A DNA stretch of 42,123 bases from a virus: IMG/VR virus record IMGVR_UViG_3300045988_118927, positions 1 to 42,123 of that record; one strand, 5' to 3'. Below, piece by piece: positions 37,101 to 41,579 of this stretch. Numbering within the stretch: position 1 is the stretch's first letter; each line of letters opens with the position of its first letter. Both the position numbers and the translations under genes were made by a program. A model generated the notes under the pieces. It was not told the DNA's origin, did not search any database, and was given only the letters and a program-made list of their open reading frames with translations.

Positions 37101-38247
37101 AGGAGATGATGAGTGGCGTGAAAAGTGGCTTGAGTCATTCGTGGGAGATTTGCTTTCCTCGCTTAATCCTGTCAGCATCATTCCGTTTGTCAAGGATATT
37201 CTCACGTTACTTGATGGTTATGATGTTGAACGTATGGATATGTCAGCAATCTCAGGAATTATCAAGTTCGGACAGCAGATGGCCACATCGGCACAGAAGG
37301 GGGAGCTTGATACATCGCTCAGTTTACAGAACGTTTATAAGCTGACAAGGTATCTCTCACGGCTTGCAGGCATTCCAGTGTACAACGTTCTCAGAGAGGT
37401 TGACACTATCATTGACATCTTCGGAGAGCCTATCTTCCGAGCATCACAGGCAACGCCCAATACGGAGAGATACGAAACTCTGTACAACGCTGTGATGAAA
37501 AACGATGAAGCCGAAATGCAGAACGAATATGACAGGCTCAGCAAGACACAGAGAGAAATTGAACGACGGTTAAAGTCGAAAATAATTGATGACAGCAAGG
37601 GCAACAAGATGTTCAATGCGGATGTCGATAAGGCGGCTAAAGCAAGAATAAGCGGAGATGTTAAAACGGCTGTAGAAATTGTGAAAAACCTTGCAGATAC
37701 AACGGCTCTGTCGAAGGATTTCTGGACAGCTTGTGTAAATGCGAGAGTAAACAAAATCAGCAAGGCACAGGAAAACCGCACACAGCTCATCGAAGCAGGC
37801 ATATCCAAGCTGACGGTTGACAATATGAGCGACACTGAAGTAAACGAGGCTCTTAAGAGTTACGAAACCGAAGCAGACACATCTACAGCAAGTGACTTAA
37901 ACGAGGACACCAATACCGAATCGCTCTACACAGCCGATGATTTAGTCAAGGCTCTGCAGGACGGCAACGAGTCTGATTACAACACGGCATATGACGATAT
38001 GGTGTCCACAAAGGCTGTATCTCTGATAATGCAGGCAGAAGCTGATAACAAGGAGCTTACTGCTGACGAAGCAGAAGAAAAGGCTGAAAGCTCGATCAAG
38101 TCGGCAATTACAAAAGTGCTTAAACCTTTAATGCGTGAGCTGTACAAAACCGATAAGAAAAAGTTTAACGAAATGAGGAAGAAAATCATCAAAAAATTTG
38201 GTTATACATCAAAACAGATAACAAAATGGTTGACTTCCGAAGAATAA
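28147..38247 (+). CDS. Giant multidomain (polyvalent-type) virion protein, 3366 aa, with a zincin-like HExxH module
   Basis: Single uninterrupted ORF of 10.1 kb. ggaggt RBS 7 nt before ATG 28147. HEVTH at nt 31075-31089 in the context GEIVLDIGSDDVVATTLHEVTHYI. Gly-rich hydrophobic segments (about aa 280-560), long coiled coils (about aa 1930-2400) and C-terminal hydrophobic segments. Confidence 0.8.
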   Translation: MDEERLKRIRANIAKHEERKKTQNIMGDIDSSKLDRSNTSYNKNDAAFEMAKQHYQNSYLPKKAQEYYKGVENYRNSYEQMANKPSANNYTVMTPENESANLIGDDINTYVSPQMREKAQKHYNEVFNNENKKYAEQYARLNEKSKPAYSYAQAKSKAAKEVDNSINAFSSQFKDENEYNAYADNMAQAKEQQRLLDYNVAEAKNKLLTMKADTDEYKQIESDIKKAETVQEFAKNMQDENFRKEYAEYEQHQKDYENKNWFGKAVEQVGNAIDDVIYSYGGGMYGVAESVSGIADSVFGRNPNEEGTLSKNIHDFYNYIHSETERRQRYSNYTKQGLTTDIYNATNNEEFSNIASNVISITLNSLADAGVSMGMAALTGGTSLAQKGLQSTVGLTKTQKATQMMSSMAKGMTKDLNFWTSFAREGGSAYNDAIAAGASNEEATIAMLATGLPNAYIEVGGGVEKFKDLAGTGVKGWLRDFAKSTGEEATEELKQGIISELVKKLTYAPETELFSTANDGSGIINPIRMYQEAFGGAVGGAFGGSVGKAINVASYTVANNMYKSDSMRELIQSGKYTEMLKALPDSDFKNSEISKTFSAEMDEKQTLAKLKGISNRQLIKQYDSMVDTLSSVSEGNVASLALIATGDTKTATEVAPILRKLYDGKVITEEEAKIISRNENVVNMLSETTGLDMTNSSWEEFVTLSEQAQFENITGTSTGNAIADVVLGNAQRAEAGRNYIAEEQNKYANDLSGTPTFTAQIGDESVKITGIDHIENGEVYVNLSNGTTQEAQSLNTDEVTTALLSYASEYDAKTASAFIGGYTGNISVGEYARSFAGVNSAAKAGLSYDNIVKSAPTMINNVGIDTAKTLTKSGNAFALKQATADIENTVSAQQRQATRNDKTSVKNKTGGTVTREHRILARTVSKVTGYTVVLVDSTNVKNGKTVNGRKAIGEFNSTKGEIVLDIGSDDVVATTLHEVTHYIKLNAPTQYNALRDAVIEYATKTGKIEYYLEKYANSYGTDNVYELTEEMTADAAEALLTNEKFINELLSDKSFVNAVVGENKGFVRKFLDTLHDIISAIKDYLKGRSVNHQIARELSEDVKALEKIEKLWRDALKAAVNNHAESSAVKQDTKKSATESGTKFSIKEDMSEQERYEELKDKSIVVSKPDMSKVSDIDIEAYKNLSTKEAKKPIRRIAEMLGIHNVNYKNSNIKFDFAFSKGSLDTSLNHQREYGGSYTDYAEMLTCLEKLIENAELIEVHKNYKDNEQLKRTFVLMSALSGKDGIYPVQFEVKEFYSSTKKLYLTAVLTKIKEPAVVTESHTDYSEASTPLVADSTISLSQLFANVNPTDKRFLKYVPDNFLSAEQIEAKRKAQKSDYKNYNRYVEVFENDKNGSDNKFSLSEPVEEKGNLIAVHNIYTDKLVKSLKLGGFPMPSIAVTKADMGHGNYGECSFVFDKSTIDPKADKRNKVYGGDAWTPTYPAIEYKVSEKIADKARKKYYDLYEQYGEKVRGMYRYGVTLEDTLNSEGGEQKMLNKLYDDPAMMQVYRLDNGMSAVDNVVKRRERQTLNEQEIALSKQLLSALGDKIEEASAKNGENPLPIRKAFFNKYHDEVIKAFEDYYKSTGTSVEETETKIANTKAFTFVSSIAKALRYKQNKGIVAEEIFDNEATDKAVRDSVDQSEYQKWIDGLFKGAEEKSGIWNGKDFYTPSGRTRNFDALHYEETLENVVKVMRSEMNGDTLFGGMGIWGVAQKEYSSIDKLKSDSARLQKMSDDEYSNIKSGFAEQLSEVTKAIKNDYSGNNFIDSDIVAGNIVDAVRESKTKSGIKSYLKEYYPDITDTAVDDIVNLVHGIMEMPTGYFEAKPQRAVRFDEVKYAVVPETLDENIKKQLSEYGIQVVEYENGNEKDRTAKLNSLDDVKFSISEQTSAEYEMLKQENNDLKAQIEALKKEMELTSGHTVDAEAVSKLAKRYIREYKSKANVEEVSAKLKQIFEYIANEDANAEEANKAMFELAAQIVNKSETLNAEMRDTFKDELDIIRSARIYVDDATKAEIESLYGDYNTFRKSMFGRMKLTTNKESHGQTVDMLVQELAELAPGQFDTNVSEGECLEQLVSFIEATKPRIENPFGDSVAEAASELAWQIFDDYFDTPEVKTFADKYEAKLQKVINENRIARAELRKAERAKAKAFYDEKLKALRDEKNEAIAKLRKEKNDKYDNDIKNLRDAKDKKLNDVRADRDAKLKALREHYREQQREKRENAAKSELRARITTEYKKLYKDLTSNSKEHHIPEVYKETVANVLASIDLISKASKEKAAKTGEVTKVAEKLNNQLTALENFILNYSMYGNKDDGTSSEQLYNFDPDLVSNIQKIKEYFKRYANSGTKAISDMNIEELEALHNTLKALRYAVKTADKALSANITQRITELAESSISEMATDRTRSPFNKNKAAQAVGAVDTYINSQMLDARSYYRGMGDSAFEIYKAFRSGLDSFIKHTHEAQDYFAKVRKDSGYTDKQIKHLVDDYKTYTVSHGEIAMSKAQLMSLYCLSKREQALEHIYKGGIRPTDLKGKRQIKPVMISPDELSSLLKNLNSNEIAMADRLQQFMATTCAEWGNEVSMAMYGYAKFTERNYFPIKSSDTKIRTNDQNSGGDAGLYSVLNYGMTKSLVKNANNSIDVGDIFSVTRQHIEEMSSYSAYACAVADSMRWFNYNNRETGESVKQSMLNKFGTNGSKYFIELVRDINRNKPTGNYGGEISSVLTSAQKAAAIAGNLSVVVQQPTAIARACTELSLDLITEGIAISATHIKKSVQEAQAHSDIAWWKSQGFFETNMSKSMDEIITGRSTAKDKIVEMAMKPAGLADDVTWGAIWEATKLWTKKFHPEIEVGSDEFFSITKEKFDDVVDQTQVVDSVLHRPMILRSKNALVKMDMSFMAEPLKSANLLRNAIVDVKNKKPNATKRLIRVYASCVMANVLAAAAKAIVMAFRDTGDDEWREKWLESFVGDLLSSLNPVSIIPFVKDILTLLDGYDVERMDMSAISGIIKFGQQMATSAQKGELDTSLSLQNVYKLTRYLSRLAGIPVYNVLREVDTIIDIFGEPIFRASQATPNTERYETLYNAVMKNDEAEMQNEYDRLSKTQREIERRLKSKIIDDSKGNKMFNADVDKAAKARISGDVKTAVEIVKNLADTTALSKDFWTACVNARVNKISKAQENRTQLIEAGISKLTVDNMSDTEVNEALKSYETEADTSTASDLNEDTNTESLYTADDLVKALQDGNESDYNTAYDDMVSTKAVSLIMQAEADNKELTADEAEEKAESSIKSAITKVLKPLMRELYKTDKKKFNEMRKKIIKKFGYTSKQITKWLTSEE

Positions 38248-38311
38248 TAAGCTATAATAAAAACGTAGCCAGATCACCTCCTCAAAGATTGGCTACGTTT
38301 GGATTGAATGC

Positions 38312-38342
38312 AAGGCACACAGAAATGTGTGTCTTGTTTTTT
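38312..38342 (+). terminator. Rho-independent terminator of the late operon
   Basis: aaggcacaca - gaaa - tgtgtgtctt stem (one G-T pair), then g + T6. Confidence 0.8.
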
Positions 38343-38350
38343 ATATAAAG

Positions 38351-38382
38351 AAAAAAGCCGTACATTGCTGTACGACTTTTTT
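38351..38382. terminator. Second, bidirectional terminator
   Basis: A6 - gccgtaca ttgc tgtacgac (one mismatch) - T6. Confidence 0.6.
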
Positions 38383-38486
38383 CCACAAAAGAATCAGGAA
38401 TCAAATATATGAAACTTAAAAACTGACAAAACCCACCCGGTTACATTTATGATTATACCACATCTTTTTTATAAATGCAAGCGGAT

Positions 38487-38525
38487 TTCTGACCGTTTTT
38501 TGACCGTTTTTTCAAAATTTTTTAT
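38487..38525. repeat. attP arm block 1: two TGACCGTTTT copies 11 nt apart, plus TTCAAAATTTT
   Basis: About 85% identical by eye to block 2 at 38693-38732, in the same orientation. Confidence 0.6.
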
Positions 38526-38630
38526 TTTACCTATGCAATTGTGATAAAATGTAAAACGGCGCAAAACCCTTTGGCGATGCGGTTTCACAGAACACAAACA
38601 TAAGTTCGCAAAACATCACAGAACAACGTT

Positions 38631-38653
38631 TTCAAATCCTGTCACCTCGACCA
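38631..38653 (+). other. Candidate attP core: tRNA 3'-end mimic (T-loop, T-stem, acceptor strand, ACCA)
   Basis: TTCAAAT-CCTGT-CACCTCG-A-CCA has exactly tRNA spacing. An acceptor end pairing as C1:G72 with A73 is the tRNA-Pro pattern. The upstream sequence does not complete a T-stem, so this is only a fragment. Confidence 0.5.
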
Positions 38654-38661
38654 TAATCCTT

Positions 38662-38693
38662 GCAAACCGCATTGTTATGCGGTTTGCTTTTTT
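38662..38693 (+). terminator. Strong + strand terminator abutting the integrase stop codon
   Basis: gcaaaccgcat - tgtt - atgcggtttgc (11-bp stem), then T6. Confidence 0.75.
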
Positions 38694-39846
38694 ACTGACC
38701 GTTTTCTGACCGTTTCGTTTCAAAAATTTTGTTGAGTATGCCTACAGCACGTTCTTCTTCCTGCGGATATAGGTGAGAATATGTGTTCCAAGTCATCTCA
38801 ACATTGCTATGACCTAACCGCCTTGCTATCTCCTGTATATTGATGCCTTCGCTTGCAAGAAGAGATGCGTGGCTGTGTCTGAAATCGTGTAGCCTGATGT
38901 GTGGCAATCCTGCCTTATCCGCAAACTCAAAGCCCTTGTTGCATACGGTGCTATCTCTTATACAATCTATCCCTCCGCAGATACGATAATCTTCTGTAAA
39001 TTTTTTATCTTGCATTTGTCGTTGCTTCTGCTCTTTGAGGATAGTTTCAAGCGGAATTGGAATTTGTAGTGTGCGGATAGATGAGCTGTTCTTAGGTAAC
39101 GTTTCAACCAATCTTCCGACTTTTTGATTTACACTTCTTGATATGCTGAGTGTATTCCCTTTTATATCGGACCATTTCAGCGCATAAATTTCGCCTTTTC
39201 TTGCTCCTGTAAAGTACGCAATGCAGAAGAAAACATAATAGCTCCAGTCGTTTATAGTATCCCTTTCTTCTGCTTGTTCTCTTGCAACGGCGATGAATTT
39301 CTTAAATTGATCTGGCGTATAAAAATGAAGCTCCTCTTTGGGCAAGGCTTGCGTATCTTTTTTGAAATTTCCGACAATCGTCAGATTGTTTTTCGGAATA
39401 TATCCCATCTTAACGGCATAGTTAAGCATCTGCCTTAGCTCTGCGTAATAGTTTTGCTTTGTACTGATTGATACATCAATTTTAGCTATATCGTTTTTCC
39501 AAGTCTGCAAAGCCGGAACGGTCAGCTTATCGAGTTGTTTGTCTGCAAGATATGGTAATGTGCTTTTTACAAGGCAGTTTTTAATAGGTACAAGTGACGT
39601 TGCTCTTACCTCATTCTCCTTCGTAGCGATGTATTCATCGTACAACTGCTGTACCGTCATTCTCGCTGTTGCAGGCTTTTCTTTACCGATCTCTTCGAGC
39701 AGATCCTTTTCGGCTTGTTTTGCTTCTGCAAGTCCGTAAACGAGCTTTGCTCTGTTGTGTGGCTTGCCGAATTGATCAATGTAATTTATACGGACTCGGT
39801 ACTGTTGCAGACCGTCCTTTTTGTTTTTTGTTTTTGTAATTGGCAT
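38692..39846 (-). CDS. int: Tyrosine integrase
   Basis: C-terminal catalytic region LRIHDFRHSHASLLASEGINIQEIARRLGHSNVEMTWNTYSHLY (R, HxxR, H/W, Y). The N-terminal arm-binding-type domain reads KDGLQQYRVRINY. Confidence 0.9.
   Translation of the reverse strand: MPITKTKNKKDGLQQYRVRINYIDQFGKPHNRAKLVYGLAEAKQAEKDLLEEIGKEKPATARMTVQQLYDEYIATKENEVRATSLVPIKNCLVKSTLPYLADKQLDKLTVPALQTWKNDIAKIDVSISTKQNYYAELRQMLNYAVKMGYIPKNNLTIVGNFKKDTQALPKEELHFYTPDQFKKFIAVAREQAEERDTINDWSYYVFFCIAYFTGARKGEIYALKWSDIKGNTLSISRSVNQKVGRLVETLPKNSSSIRTLQIPIPLETILKEQKQRQMQDKKFTEDYRICGGIDCIRDSTVCNKGFEFADKAGLPHIRLHDFRHSHASLLASEGINIQEIARRLGHSNVEMTWNTYSHLYPQEEERAVGILNKIFETKRSENGQ
38693..38732. repeat. attP arm block 2 (inside the last 13 codons of int)
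   Basis: tactgaccgttttctgaccgtttcgtttcaaaaattttgtt carries two TGACCGTTT copies 11 nt apart, mirroring block 1. Confidence 0.6.
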
Positions 39847-39870
39847 ATCAATTCTCCTTTATATAGTTTA

Positions 39871-39905
39871 CTCCCGGCACGAGGTCGGGAGCTTTTGTTT
39901 TATTT
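39871..39905 (+). terminator. Hairpin plus T-rich run between the 87-aa gene and int (+ strand polarity; function uncertain)
   Basis: ctcccgg ... tcgggag stem of 7 bp including one wobble, followed by cttttgttttattttt. Confidence 0.35.
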
Positions 39906-40163
39906 TTCTTCGTTCTGCTTTTTACGTTCCTTGACTTCGGCTCTCCACAAAATTGCATCAACAATCTTGAAAATTACTACGGCAGGAACAATATAAAAGC
40001 CGAGCAAGACCGTTATTATTCTAAGTATAATACGCACAGGCTTGTTAACAAGTTTAAACAAATGACAACTGTTAAGAAGCAAAACCATTAACGCACCGAT
40101 AATTAAACTGATTGCTATAGGTATCATCATAATTATCGTACCTTCGGTTGAGTGATAATTCAT
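39900..40163 (-). CDS. Small two-TM membrane protein in the superinfection-exclusion position (between int and repressor)
   Basis: aaaggagg RBS. Two hydrophobic segments and a Lys/Glu-rich tail. Has its own promoter and operator. Confidence 0.6.
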   Translation of the reverse strand: MNYHSTEGTIIMMIPIAISLIIGALMVLLLNSCHLFKLVNKPVRIILRIITVLLGFYIVPAVVIFKIVDAILWRAEVKERKKQNEEK

Positions 40164-40179
40164 TGAAAAAGCCTCCTTT

Positions 40180-40229
40180 AAAATCTTAAGTTTTCAAGAT
40201 TATTATACCACCAAATTTGGAAAAATCAA
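40180..40229 (-). promoter_or_regulatory. Promoter of the 87-aa gene with an overlapping operator-like site
   Basis: The minus strand reads TTGATT (40229-40224), a 16-nt spacer, then TGGTATAAT (extended -10, TATAAT = 40207-40202). AAAATCTTAAGTTTTCAAGATTA at 40180-40202 resembles the operator at 40657-40680. Confidence 0.6.
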
Positions 40230-40240
40230 CACTTTTCAAT

Positions 40241-40286
40241 AAAAAAACGCCCTGAAGCCATAATAGCCTCAGAGCGTTCTTTTTTA
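40241..40286 (-). terminator. Terminator downstream of the repressor gene (bidirectional shape)
   Basis: A7 - acgccctgaagc...gcctcagagcgt (imperfect stem) - T6. On the minus strand the stem is followed by T7. Confidence 0.55.
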
Positions 40287-40622
40287 CTCCGTGTTCGGAG
40301 GTTGATCGCATCGTACAAATTCCTCGTTGACAACATAATCAACCATTCGTCTGCCGTGTGCATCAAGTTTGCGGTACTTCTCAATTATTGCTTGCTCGGA
40401 AATGCTTAGTGTTTCTGTAGTAGTTGTAAAGTAATCTGAAAATAAGTAGTTAATGTCGCATTCAAGTGCATTTGCAATAGCAAGTATGTTGTTTTCGTCA
40501 GGCTCGGAAATCCCAGTTTCATAATTGCTTATCGTACCTTTCCCTATACCCGATTTTTCACCAAGTTGCTTTTGAGTAAGCCCAAGTTCAAGTCGGCGTT
40601 CTTTGATTTTCGCACCAATCAC
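40284..40622 (-). CDS. XRE/CI-type repressor (GTG start at 40622)
   Basis: ELGLTQKQLGEKSGIGKGTISNYETG is an HTH. The sequence AAAGGAGGTGA, which the track translates as MKGGDS, is better read as the RBS, 7 nt before GTG 40622. Confidence 0.8.
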   Translation of the reverse strand: MIGAKIKERRLELGLTQKQLGEKSGIGKGTISNYETGISEPDENNILAIANALECDINYLFSDYFTTTTETLSISEQAIIEKYRKLDAHGRRMVDYVVNEEFVRCDQPPNTE

Positions 40623-40640
40623 GGAATCACCTCCTTTCAC

Positions 40641-40872
40641 TTATTATTGTAACGCCAAAATCTCGAAAAGTCAAGATTTTTTGGACTAAAAATCCGAAAA
40701 AGATGAGATTTTTGGATATTATGCACAAATTTCGTAACCAAATTTGTTGGATTTAAGTATGAATTATTTGAGATTATAATCTTGACAAAATGAGATTTTC
40801 GATTTATAATTAGCTTAAGCTCAAAAAACTCATACAGAGTGTGAGAAATTCAGACAGAAGGAAGTGTGAAAA
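40641..40872. promoter_or_regulatory. Divergent early control region with repeated GAGATTTT/AAAATCTC operator half-sites
   Basis: CCAAAATCTCGAAAAGTCAAGATTTTTTGG at 40655-40684. CTAAAAATCCGAAAAAGATGAGATTTTTGG at 40686-40715. The 12-bp palindrome AGATTATAATCT at 40771-40782. AAAATGAGATTTT at 40787-40799. Confidence 0.7.
40782..40810 (+). promoter_or_regulatory. Consensus early rightward promoter (TTGACA - 17 nt - TATAAT)
   Basis: TTGACA at 40782-40787 and TATAAT at 40805-40810. An operator-like AAAATGAGATTTT lies in the spacer. Confidence 0.75.
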
Positions 40873-41085
40873 ATGGTAGCTGATAGCATCAAAAAAATAA
40901 TCAAGGAAAGAAGGCTTCTTCAAAAAGAAGTCGCAGAGGACGCAGGTTACACTTACAAAGTGCTAAACTACATTCTCAATGCAAAAGCTCCGATGAGAGA
41001 GAATGACATAGTTAAGTTATGTGAAGCTCTCAAGGTATCCCCAAACGAGTTATTCGGATGGGATGACAAGCGAAAGGAGGACTAA
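40873..41085 (+). CDS. Cro-like XRE HTH protein, 70 aa
   Basis: RRLLQKEVAEDAGYTYKVLNYILN is an HTH. Divergent from the repressor. Confidence 0.75.
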   Translation: MVADSIKKIIKERRLLQKEVAEDAGYTYKVLNYILNAKAPMRENDIVKLCEALKVSPNELFGWDDKRKED

Positions 41086-41268
41086 ATGGACAAGCTGAAA
41101 TTTGTTGCTGACGGTGGCTCGGAATTAAGAGTTATGGTCAGCGAGGCGGCATACAAGACCGTCAAGGACATTGCAAAGGAAACAGGGCTGTCGACAAAGG
41201 CTGTCGCTACAAAGATGATAAACTTTGCAGCGAAGCACGTTGAGATTGCCTACGAGGAGGAAACATGA
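41086..41268 (+). CDS. Hypothetical protein, 60 aa
   Basis: Starts 1 nt after the Cro-like stop; aaggagg RBS lies within the upstream gene's end. Confidence 0.5.
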   Translation: MDKLKFVADGGSELRVMVSEAAYKTVKDIAKETGLSTKAVATKMINFAAKHVEIAYEEET

Positions 41269-41579
41269 GCGAAATCAGAGTACGCATACCGCAAGTGCAA
41301 AACGCAAGAGTGGCTCTCGCCATTTACTACAGCAAGTCGGAGATTGGCAATGCCGATATCAAGATGCTGTTCGGCAATATGGGGCAGGAGCGGATAACTA
41401 AACTCAAGGCGGTTGCAAGAGAGCGGATGCGAGAAGAAAACTGCCCGACATACAACGCACGTTATGTCAACACAGAGTGTGCATTCGAAGCGTGGGGCAT
41501 CGATGTAAAAAGACTTACAAAAGGATTAGGCATCCTTGAGAAACTCGGATTGGAGGTAAAAACGAATGAAGGGCTATAA
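41265..41579 (+). CDS. Hypothetical protein, 104 aa
   Basis: ATGA overlap with the previous gene. Ends ...LEVKTNEGL within the 21-bp junction repeat. Confidence 0.5.
   Translation: MSEIRVRIPQVQNARVALAIYYSKSEIGNADIKMLFGNMGQERITKLKAVARERMREENCPTYNARYVNTECAFEAWGIDVKRLTKGLGILEKLGLEVKTNEGL

Noticed and set aside
28147-38247. The giant ORF as a tape-measure protein or as an N4-type virion RNA polymerase
   Set aside because: A tape measure is unlikely because there are no tail-tube, chaperone or frameshift genes and the capsid is podovirus-type. For a virion RNA polymerase, I could not find T7-like motif A/B/C or DxDxD signatures by eye. This remains an alternative to test by profile search.
38631-38653. 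A complete tRNA gene at the attP region
   Set aside because: Only the T-loop-to-CCA portion is present. The upstream bases do not pair as a T-stem, and there is no D-arm or anticodon arm. I interpret it as an attP core fragment.
39871-39905. The hairpin between the 87-aa gene and int as the terminator of the 87-aa gene
   Set aside because: The T-run is on the + strand side, so its polarity is wrong for the minus-strand gene. I kept it only as a low-confidence structural feature.
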